Positions 17,301 through 26,135 of a DNA stretch of 64,000 nucleotides are shown piece by piece. A program made the translations under genes and the position numbers. The first letter of the stretch is position 1, and each line of letters opens with the position of its first letter. The stretch is from a bacterium. Its GTDB lineage: Bacteria > Hinthialibacterota > Hinthialibacteria > Hinthialibacterales > Hinthialibacteraceae. The stretch lies in assembly GCA_963663405.2 (NCBI GenBank), contig CAXXSM010000123.1:830-64829 (forward strand). The letters run 5' to 3'. The notes under the pieces were generated by a model. It was not told the DNA's origin and made no database searches. It was given only the letters and a program-made list of their open reading frames with translations.

Positions 17301-17783
17301 TTAAGCCGCTTGAACGATCGCTTCCCGTGTGTCATTGATCATTTTTTTGAAGTCATAAACAACCACGCCGAAAAATTTCTGACCAGGAGAGCGGACGAGG
17401 GAGATGGCGTCTTTCTCGCCATCCACAAGGGCAAACATATCTTGCCCATCTGTGACAAAAAACAACTCATGATCCAGTGGTTTTTCGATTGAGCGGGGCA
17501 TATTCTTTCGCAAGTAGGTAAGGCCTTTTCGTACTTTCTGCATGCTGAGCCCTTGTTTACGCAGTTGTAAAAACCAGCGCAGCATGACGAGATCTGAAAA
17601 GGAGTAGAGTTTATGTTTCCCGCATCCTTGCGCGGGGCGGACACTCGCTTTGATAAGACCGGTTTTTTCGTAGTAATGAAGCCGAACCGGATCGATACGA
17701 ATGTCGTCCAAACGTTGAATTAACTCAATGACTTCTCCCGATTGAAATGCTGACTTAATGGGTCTTACGTTCGAATCTTTCAT
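17301..17783 (-). CDS. MerR-family-like transcriptional regulator
   Basis: HTH segment VRLHYYEKTGLI...HKLYSFSDLVMLRWFLQLRKQGLSMQKVRKGL. 160 aa. Confidence 0.6.
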   Translation of the reverse strand: MKDSNVRPIKSAFQSGEVIELIQRLDDIRIDPVRLHYYEKTGLIKASVRPAQGCGKHKLYSFSDLVMLRWFLQLRKQGLSMQKVRKGLTYLRKNMPRSIEKPLDHELFFVTDGQDMFALVDGEKDAISLVRSPGQKFFGVVVYDFKKMINDTREAIVQAA

Positions 17784-18221
17784 ATTAGCCTCTCTTACGC
17801 GCCGTTCATCAATTTCATTTCATAGAATTCGCAACTTGTGAAATCTATATAGGTTACAGCGACCCCTCAAAAAGCAAAACAATCAGTAGTCTTTTTTCCT
17901 CCATACACTTCTAGTTGAAATTTCCCAGCTTCCACGGTTGCAGTCCAAAAGGGATGAAGGAATCCATCCAAATTACATTATGTGTATCATAGCATGATTT
18001 CGCAATTAAAGAAACAAGAATGAGAAAAAAAACGCACCTCCAGAATAAATTCTAGAGATGCCCTCAAACAGAAAAGAGAGAAGACCATCCCTATACACGA
18101 ATGATTCTTTCTCATCCACGTTGAAACGAATCAATCACTTCAATGGAGAAGAAAGAGCCAATCCGGCCAGGAAATCTTCTAGATCATCCTCACTAGGAGA
18201 GGATAAAAACTACATGAAAAT

Positions 18222-18403
18222 CCATCATGATCGAGATCACGACTGCAAATGAAAATGAGTTATAAGAGAAATCCCGAATGAGCGTTTCTCGGAAACTCAT
18301 TTTCATATAAACCAGCATGATTGAGATCACAACCTGCAAATGAAAATGAGTCGTGAAAGAGTTTACGAATGCGATAGTTCTGAAGACTCATTTTCATATA
18401 AAA
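18222..18403 (+). repeat. Structured intergenic repeat, copies B1 and B2 (head-to-tail tandem)
   Basis: There are two units of about 90 nt. Each runs CCAKCATGATYGAGATCACRACCTGCAAATGAAAATGAGT, a 34-nt insert containing CGAATG, then ACTCATTTTCATATAAA. ATGAAAATGAGT/ACTCATTTTCAT forms a stem of about 12 bp. Confidence 0.75.
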
Positions 18404-18421
18404 GAAGAATATAATCGGCTA

Positions 18422-18721
18422 TTATTTCTTCTTAGCAGTTTTTTTCTTCGCTGCCGTCTTCTTTATTGAAGTTTTTTTAGCAGCGGTTTTCTTCGCAGCT
18501 GATTTTTTAGCCGTAGTTTTCTTCGCAGCGGCGTTTTTGGTGGCCGTTTTCTTTACCGTCGCTTTCTTAACGGCGGCTTTTTTTGTGGTGGTCTTCTTGG
18601 CCGTGGTTTCTTTCGCTACCGTTTTTTTGGCGGAAGTCTTTTTTACCGCCGCTTTTTTAGTAGTGGCTTTCTTTGTTCCAGACTTTGTTGCTGTGGATGT
18701 CTTGCACGTCGACCGTACCAT
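18422..18721 (-). CDS. Histone H1-like Lys/Ala/Thr-rich basic protein
   Basis: 99-aa ORF made almost entirely of AAKKT/TAKKT-type repeats (KKTAAKK, KKATVKK). This composition is typical of H1-like or Hc-like nucleoid proteins. Confidence 0.65.
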   Translation of the reverse strand: MVRSTCKTSTATKSGTKKATTKKAAVKKTSAKKTVAKETTAKKTTTKKAAVKKATVKKTATKNAAAKKTTAKKSAAKKTAAKKTSIKKTAAKKKTAKKK

Positions 18722-18983
18722 CGATTCATGCTCCTTCTTTTGTTTCTATCCCCTTTTTCAGTGAACAGGGAACAGTCATAATAGGATTATTCCGACAACA
18801 ATTATCTAAGTTATATTATATTTACTATTACTTTGTCAAGCGAAAAATTCCACTTTAGCGAAAAAATTTTGTTATTTTATTCATTCTATTAATGGTATAA
18901 GCGGGTGAAACGGATCGAAAAACATTAAATTTTCGATTTATGTATCTTGTTTTTCTAGACTTATAGATAGGCTTTTATCGCAT

Positions 18984-20999
18984 ATGAAAAAAAGGCGTTT
19001 TTTTTCAACTTTTTTTTTATTAATTGGTTTTCATTTCATTTCATTCTTTTTTTTCTTTGTTTCCAAGGGGTATTATGAACCAAGACATGATTGGATTCAA
19101 TCAATCGCCCGATTGAGCTATCATACGCCGTTGATCGTGCCTTTTTTCATTGTCTGCGCCGTAATCCTAGTCACGTCGATTTCAATTCGTCCATTCTATA
19201 CTCATTCAATCCTTTCCAAAGCCGGGTGGGCGCAAACTGGATTCGTTCTGTTCTTATTTATTCTATCCTTTGTTCCATTGGGGAATTGGATCAAGCATCA
19301 TTCCTTCTTTTTTGAAAATTGGATGTGGTATTGTCTGTTTTGGATTTTAGGATTGGCGTTGACCATTACGTTTTGTTCATTCGTGGTGTTGTTTTATCCT
19401 CGCGTTTTCGAATGGGCCGGCCGTTGTTTTAATCGAATCACCCAGTTTTTCTTCTATCCTCAATACAATCCTTGGGATAAGGTTTTTATATCTTGTGTAT
19501 CCTTGACGGTTTTTCTAATATCCACTGGTATCAGTTTGTCTGTGATGGGAGGAATTCCACATGTACAAGACAGCGTTGCGCAGTTGTTCCAAGCGAAGAT
19601 ATTCTCTCACGGCCGTCTCGCTTTTCCGGCTCCTGAAGATCCCAAATTCTTTGAACGCATTTACGTTGTCGTAATGGATGGACGCTGGTATACAATCTAT
19701 CCTCCTGGTCATGCAATAGTATTGGCTCTTGGCGTATTAGCCGGCGCTCCATACCTCGTGAATCCCTTCATTGCCGCTTTGTTTATTCCACTCTTTTATT
19801 ACTTCGTCCGAACTTGTTTTTACGGTGTGTACGGCGCGCGTCTGTGTGCTGTTCCTGGGCGTTGTCTCCCTTCTATATTTTCATGGCATCGGGATTTATG
19901 AATCATGTCACCTCGTTGTTTTTTCTCTTTCTTTTTCTGCTTTTTGGAATGAAGGCCGGGAACATTCATGAATCAAGGCGATATTGGATTCCTGTTTTTT
20001 TTGCGGGATTCTTTTTTGGATTCGCATTTCTAACGCGGCCGTTGACAGCGCTGGCGTTTCTTCTTTCGGGCGCGTTTTGGATTGGCTTTGGGAAGGGAAT
20101 CAATCATCAAAAATTAGTGGCGTTTGTTTTTCTCTTTCTATTGGGGACACTTCCTTTCGCGGTTTTTTATCTGGTGTATAACGCGGAAACAACTGGAGCG
20201 CCATTTTTGACGGGATATGTCCATTATTTTGGAGGAAATCCATTGGGATTTGGTCACCGGCCCTGGGGGCGGAGCCTCTGGGCCCGAAAATCCCGAATGA
20301 AGTTCATCATACACCATTGCGTGGTATTGCGAATTCGATCTGCAATTTGAACGCGCTCAATTATTATTTATTTGGTTGGCCGGTTCCCTCTCTTTTGACC
20401 GCCTTTTCGCTTTTTCTTCCGGGAATGCGCCGGGTGCGGGAGGATTGGTTCTGTGTAGGTTCAATCGTGTCACTGATTTTCGTATACTTTTTCTATTTTT
20501 TCCAAGATTATTGCTATGGTCCCCGATTTCTGTTTGAGGCGGCTCCGTTCGCTGTTATTCTAACGGTTCGTGGGATTGAAGAAATAATTTGTCTGTTGAA
20601 ACGGGTTGAATCATTTACAATTGTCAGCGCGCGGGGGAATGGTTTTGAGTTTGATCTTGTTCTTTTTCATATGCGCTTTTTCTACTGCATGGATCGAACG
20701 GTTCACCTGAGATGGGGGATTCGTATTGGGGGACACGAGATGAACTCGCCACGATGGTAAAATCCGAGATTCCGGAAGAGAACGCCGTTATTTTCGTTGA
20801 AGATGGGGATGATTATCCGCCCCTGTTTTCTTATCTCGATCCCGCCCTCGACCGGGGATGGATCGTCGCGCATGATTATGGGAAAGAAGAGAATGCAAAA
20901 CTACTTCAGCATTATCCTGAATGGCCTGTCTATTATCTGCGTCTAAAGGATTCGGATGGGCCGTATGGCTTTGAGAGTGTTTTGGAACGCGAAGAGTGA
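18984..20999 (+). pseudogene. GT-C fold membrane glycosyltransferase (PMT_2/ArnT-like), split across four reading frames
   Basis: The ORFs 18984..19901, 19814..20350, 20317..20760 and 20712..20999 overlap end to end in frames 3, 2, 1 and 3. Polytopic sequence continues across them (YPPGHAIVLALGVLAGAPYLVNP..., ...NALNYYLFGWPVPSLL...). Confidence 0.65.
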
Positions 21000-21056
21000 T
21001 AGATCCACGCGCACTGCGAATGCATATTTATCAATGAAAGAAAGAGACTGTTTGAC

Positions 21057-22336
21057 ATGGCGAAATTTATGGTTGAAGGTGGACATCCCATACAGGGAGT
21101 GATTACTCCATCAGGAAATAAAAACGAAGCGCTTCCGATCTTGGCCGCTTCGCTATTAACGAGCGAGCCTGTTCGTCTTTCCAACGTGCCAGGAATCGGG
21201 GATGTTAAGGACGATGCTTCATCTGCTTGAATTATGCGGCGCGTCGGTCCACCGCGCGAATAATCATGAAGTGTCAATTCATGCGGATCGAATTCAATCC
21301 AATGCGCTGCCCAAAGAGCAATGCCGAAAAATCCGGGCTTCCGTCGTGCTCATGGCTCCGTTGTTGAATCGTTGTGGAGAAGTGAAGATCCCTTTTCCGG
21401 GGGGAGACCGTATTGGCCGAAGGCGGGTTGATACGCATCTGCTTGGGTTAAGCGCATTGGGAGCCGTCTGTGAAGTGGTTGATGGTTGCTATCATGTGAG
21501 CTGCAAGGGACGGCTTAGAGGCGCCGATATTCTGCTCGATGAAGCCAGCGTAACGGCGACTGAAAACCTAGTCATGGCGGCGGTGTTGGCGGATGGAAAA
21601 ACGATCTTACGCAACGCCGCTTCGGAACCGCACGTGCAACAGCTCTGCCGTTTTTTGAATGGATTAGGCGCGGGGATTTCCGGCATTGGTTCCAACGTTT
21701 TAACCATCGATGGTGTGGAAAAGTTGCAGGGAGGGGAACACCGGATCGCGCCGGATTATCTAGAAGTGGGCAGTTTTATTTGCGCGGCGGCGGTGACGAA
21801 TGGTTCCCTGTTGATTCATGACGCCGCGGTTGATTCCATGCGCATGATTTTATTTCAGTTTGAGCGGCTGGGAGTCGAAGTGGAAATCCGGGGAGATGAT
21901 ATTTTCGTTCCCAGCAATCAACCGCTGAAAACAAAACCTGATTTAGGCGCCTCTCTGTTTAAGATCGACGACGCCCCCTGGCCTGCGTTTCCCGCGGATA
22001 TGATGAGCGCCGCGACGGTCTTGGCCACACAGGCCGAAGGGACGGTGATGATTTTTGAAAAAATGTTTGAAAGCCGCCTTTTTTTTGTGGACCGTTTGAT
22101 CTCGATGGGCGCCAATATAATTCTCTGCGATCCCCATCGGGCGGTTGTAGTTGGACCGACGCCTTTGCGTGGTCAGGTGATGAGCAGCCCCCGATATTCG
22201 CGCCGGCATGGCGTTGTTGATGGCGGCGATGTGCGCCAAGGGAATCAGCGAGATTCAAAATATCGAACAGATCGACCGGGGGTACGAACGGCTAGATGAG
22301 CGGCTGGCAAAACTGGGGCGCGAAGATTGCGCGTGA
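21057..22336 (+). pseudogene. murA: UDP-N-acetylglucosamine 1-carboxyvinyltransferase, interrupted by two frame changes
   Basis: The N-terminal piece is [50 protein letters not shown] (stop at 21228-21230). The body is ORF 21202..22299 ([10 protein letters not shown]...[14 protein letters not shown]...). The C-terminus is recovered in a third frame from about 22193: [42 protein letters not shown]. Confidence 0.85.
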
Positions 22337-22410
22337 ATCATAGTCACAAAGTATGAATAAAGAAAAATATTCCTTCATTACGTTGAAACGCGGTTAGTCA
22401 TCAATGATCA

Positions 22411-24269
22411 ATGTGTTCTTTTGGGATTTGGCAGTTTTGGATTGTCTGGTCTATCGGTTTCTTCATCGAACGCCGTCTGCGGTTATCTCTTCCTTATGGA
22501 TACCGGGCGGCGCTCGCTTTTGGATTGGGTGAAACATCCGTTTCATATTTGTTGTTTTTATTCGGGCTTGCAGGGGGCCTTCGTTTTGAAATCTTAGTTC
22601 CGCTGGCGCTGCTCGTAACGTTTTTTTCTCTTCCCTTCATCGTTGAAGGAAATCCCTGTGATGGTTACAACGGCCTGGCGGTCGATTGTCCGCGCTCCCT
22701 TCACGGGTATTGTGATCTTTATTTTATTGACGATCTATTTTCTCGGCGCGTGCGTTCCGGAACGTGAGGTGGATTCGTTGTGGTATCATCTTGCGGTTCC
22801 ATTGTATTACATTACGCATGGTGGTTTTATTCAATTAGTTCCTTTCAATATGCCGTCGCATTATCCGATGAATGTTCATTTTGCATTATACGTTCTCTCT
22901 TCTGATCGGTAATGATACGGTTGTCAAAGGTTTTTTTATATTGTCATTTCATCCCTTTTTTAATTCTTCTATGGTCCACTGTCAAACGGTTTGGCCGAGA
23001 GGAATGGGGGCTATTCGCTGTCGCGGTGTATTTATGTTGTTTGCACTTCCGCCTGCCTGTGATGGCCAATGTGCAGCGCGCGGTGTATTTTCATGTATTT
23101 CTTTCCTATGTTTTACTCTGGGAGGCGCTTGAAACACGCCGGTGGGATTTATTTATTCTCTCCTCCCTCTTTTGTGGGATGGCGATGGGAACGAAGTTTA
23201 ATGGGCTTCTGTTTGGGTATATTCCGCAGTGGATACTGCTGGGGGGATGGATTCTCTATGATGGGAAAACGCGTCTGTTTGAAAATGGATTGAAATGGAT
23301 CACGCATTCAGTAATCGCTTGGTTGATGATGAGTCCGTGGTTGATCAAGTCCTTGATTCTGACGGGCAATCCTTTTGTACCCCATGATGGGTGAAATGTT
23401 TTCCACGCGCGCTGAGTTCGTCCATGCGATGGAATCGAACGCCCACAATCATGGTTTGAATATTTTAAAATCAGATACTTTTTCGGATTTTGTTTCTCAA
23501 ATTCTGACAAATCTTTCCTGGCTTCTTTACAATGTGGATTTGATCTTCTATTTAGGGCTTCTCTGTTTGGGTATTCTATTGATTTTACGGCCAGCGCCGC
23601 TGCGGCTTCCCCTCGCGTGTGGAACAATCGCTTATGGATTGTTTACAATGTTGTGGGGATCGGATATCGCGCGTTTGTTTGGCGTCAACTATGGCGTAGT
23701 TGTTTTATTGATTACGATTACGGTTGCGTATGTGTACGATCAACTTACATCCTTGTCTTTGCAACGATTCTTATATGTATTTATTATTGTAAGTTTATTT
23801 GGAACATTTTTGCAACAAAAATATATCTATCTGCGCAGTCCGAATATACAATGGTTTGGAGGGATCTATTTATCTGAACCGGCCCGGCGCGAATGGCTTT
23901 CTGAACGGAATATATTCAGCCGGGATCTATTCCATATGCGGGATTGGATTCACGAGAATCTTCCTAATGATGAGGAATTATACGGTTATCGAACGGGATA
24001 TTTATTTTATTTCCAACGAAAATATATTGTCAGTGGCGCCCATTTTGGGGAACAACTCGATCGTTGGCTTGAAAAAGGCGCTTCATACACAGCCCGAACA
24101 ACTCCAGCGGTTTAATGTGAAGTGGTTTCTCTTCGCTGAGACGATCTGGTCAAACAAGGCGCTCGAAGACAATAGCGCTTGGAAGAAATTTAAAGATCAG
24201 TATCTCGAAGAAACGCATCGAGAAGGCCGTCTTATATTATACCGTTTTACTGCGGATCATTTGGATTGA
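22411..24269 (+). pseudogene. Second GT-C fold membrane glycosyltransferase-like protein (GT39/PMT_2-like), split across five ORF pieces
   Basis: The ORFs 22411..22767, 22643..22912, 22912..23394, 23375..24115 and 23799..24269 overlap end to end in alternating frames. Motifs are SLWYHLAVPLYYITHGG, GTKFNGLLFG and LTGNPFVP. Confidence 0.6.
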
Positions 24270-26130
24270 ATTCATAGGCCCCGATATCCCAAACGGGAAT
24301 TCCATCTCGATCGCCGTCTAATGGAAGTAAATCTTGGTATGGATGTGATCCATCTCCCGCATCGATCAAAGGTGAGTTCGGCAGTAGTTGGAATAGGCCA
24401 TTTTGTGGATCGGCGAGAAGCAGATCATCTGTATCTGATATGTTGGGCGCTTTATAACTTTGATTTTTTCCGAGCACATTCGGTCCTTCTAGAATTGGGG
24501 CTGTGGTAAATTCCTCTTCATGATTCCAAGAGAGACAGTTCGTTAAGGAGATTTTGGATCCTTCTGTATCGTGATCAACGGCGATTGTATATCGGGGCGT
24601 TGTATTGTAAAGCGTGCAATTTACGAGTTTAGAATAACCATCATTCCGGCAGCAGACTTCGGCTCCCATGCTTGCATAGTTATTATATAAAGTACAAAAA
24701 TTAAAGTTGACATATCCATTTTCCCGCGCATAGGCGCCACCACCTGAACTATACCATTCATTACATTGATTTCCCGCTAAAACGCAGCGTAGTAACTTGA
24801 GATTTGATTGCTTAGAACAAAAAATTCCAGCGCCTTTTCCCGATGGATTAAAAATAAGATTATTGGAAATTTGGGTATCTTTAATAAACGCTTGAGAGCG
24901 TTGATAGACTAACATTCCACCGCCTTGATCCACTGCGGCATTCGAGTGTATTACGCAGGAATCAATATGGATATTATTGGATTCGTTGATAGAGATCCCA
25001 CCCGCTGTGTTACTAGAAACATTGTTATGAATATGACAATCGCGCAACTCCGCTTTTTGGATGCTCCCCATCGCTAGGCCTGCGCCGATGCGGGCGTAAT
25101 TGTTCGTGAAATGTGAGTCCAGGATTCTGCATTCACCACCGATGAGGTATAATCCTCCTCCAATAGAATCAGACCCTGTTGATTGGTTTTTTCTGAATGT
25201 TGCAGATTCGATGAGGAGATTTGATCCACGTGTCATGAGCGCGCCTCCCCAGCGTTCCACTTGGTTCCATTCGAAAAGGCAGAATTTAAATTGAGCGGCG
25301 CTGTTCTCACAGTAGACGGAGCCGCCGTCGTTGTTGGCTCGGTTCCACCGGAACACGCACTGCGCAAAGATCGGCATGGAATCAGCGCCGCTGTAAACAG
25401 CGCCTGCGCTGTCTCCTGAATTATGATCGAATGAACATTGTTCAAAGGATGGCGCCGCATCCGTATGGATTGTCACAGCCCCTCCTTTTCCATGTGTAGT
25501 ACTGTTGTATGAAAAAGTGCATTGTTTAATATTCGGCGACGCGTTTTGAATTGACATTATGGAACAAGATTTTGAGAGATTTTCTAGGAAATCGCAGTTA
25601 TAAATATTGGCTTTTGAATCACTCTCAATTCGTACTATTGGTTCATATAAACCATTGTTCTTAATAAAACGGCAATTTCTAATTAGGGGTGAAGAATGAT
25701 GGCATAGTAAGGCCGTGGCGCTTGATTGTGTGATAACCAATCCATCGATGATCACTGCGCCACTCACGGAAAGAATCGTATCCGATTGTTGGTTTCCATC
25801 GATTATAGTTGCGTATTGTATCCAATCCCGTTCATTCGCGTTCGCTCCGAAACCATGAAATCCACCCAGAAGAATGATATTATTTGCTAGTTTTAAATTG
25901 GTTTCGTGATAACGGCCTTGCGCCAAAACGATTTTGGCGCCCGGTTCGGCAATGGCTAGCGCTTGTTGAATTGTGGAAAAAGAATGCTCCCAACTCTCGC
26001 CGGTTTGAATTCTTGTTGACTGTTGTGGATTTACATAGATTGTTTTGGATTGAATTGGAAAAGTGAATACCCATAGTATAGGGATAAGAAAAAAATAGTA
26101 TAATTTTTTGATCGAGCAAATGGTTGACAT
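24247..26130 (-). CDS. Secreted right-handed parallel beta-helix (PbH1) repeat protein, paralogue 1
   Basis: Signal peptide, then IYVNP...GESWEHSFSTIQQALAIAEPGAKIVLAQGRYHE. Many NC.F..N-type beta-helix rungs follow. The C-terminus is DGDRDGIPVWDIGAYEF. Confidence 0.75.
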   Translation of the reverse strand: MSTICSIKKLYYFFLIPILWVFTFPIQSKTIYVNPQQSTRIQTGESWEHSFSTIQQALAIAEPGAKIVLAQGRYHETNLKLANNIILLGGFHGFGANANERDWIQYATIIDGNQQSDTILSVSGAVIIDGLVITQSSATALLCHHSSPLIRNCRFIKNNGLYEPIVRIESDSKANIYNCDFLENLSKSCSIMSIQNASPNIKQCTFSYNSTTHGKGGAVTIHTDAAPSFEQCSFDHNSGDSAGAVYSGADSMPIFAQCVFRWNRANNDGGSVYCENSAAQFKFCLFEWNQVERWGGALMTRGSNLLIESATFRKNQSTGSDSIGGGLYLIGGECRILDSHFTNNYARIGAGLAMGSIQKAELRDCHIHNNVSSNTAGGISINESNNIHIDSCVIHSNAAVDQGGGMLVYQRSQAFIKDTQISNNLIFNPSGKGAGIFCSKQSNLKLLRCVLAGNQCNEWYSSGGGAYARENGYVNFNFCTLYNNYASMGAEVCCRNDGYSKLVNCTLYNTTPRYTIAVDHDTEGSKISLTNCLSWNHEEEFTTAPILEGPNVLGKNQSYKAPNISDTDDLLLADPQNGLFQLLPNSPLIDAGDGSHPYQDLLPLDGDRDGIPVWDIGAYEFNPNDPQ

Positions 26131-26135
26131 TGGAA

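Noticed and set aside
18058-18252. 64-aa ORF upstream of the tandem repeats
   Set aside because: It has no ribosome-binding site and a low-complexity Ser/Arg/Glu composition. Its last codons are formed by the conserved 5' arm of repeat unit B1, so its stop is a by-product of the repeat.
18222-18403. Possible mini-CRISPR array: repeat-like blocks separated by 34-nt segments
   Set aside because: There are only two units. The 34-nt 'spacers' share a conserved CGAATG core and pair with themselves. The 'repeat' would be about 57 nt, far longer than CRISPR repeats. No cas genes are in the window. A structured repeat or RNA fits better.
18537-18764. 75-aa hydrophobic ORF opposite the H1-like gene
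   Set aside because: It is the antisense reading of the AAG/GCN-rich Lys/Ala repeats (which gives Phe/Leu/Ala/Val). The basic-protein frame has a plausible start and typical H1-like composition.
18984-24269. Programmed ribosomal frameshifting or an alternative genetic code as the explanation for the split genes
   Set aside because: The disruptions are frame changes rather than in-frame stops. They occur several times per gene and in unrelated genes, and I saw no conserved slippery heptamer plus downstream structure. Long ORFs elsewhere translate normally with the standard code. Indels, whether technical or mutational, are the simpler explanation.
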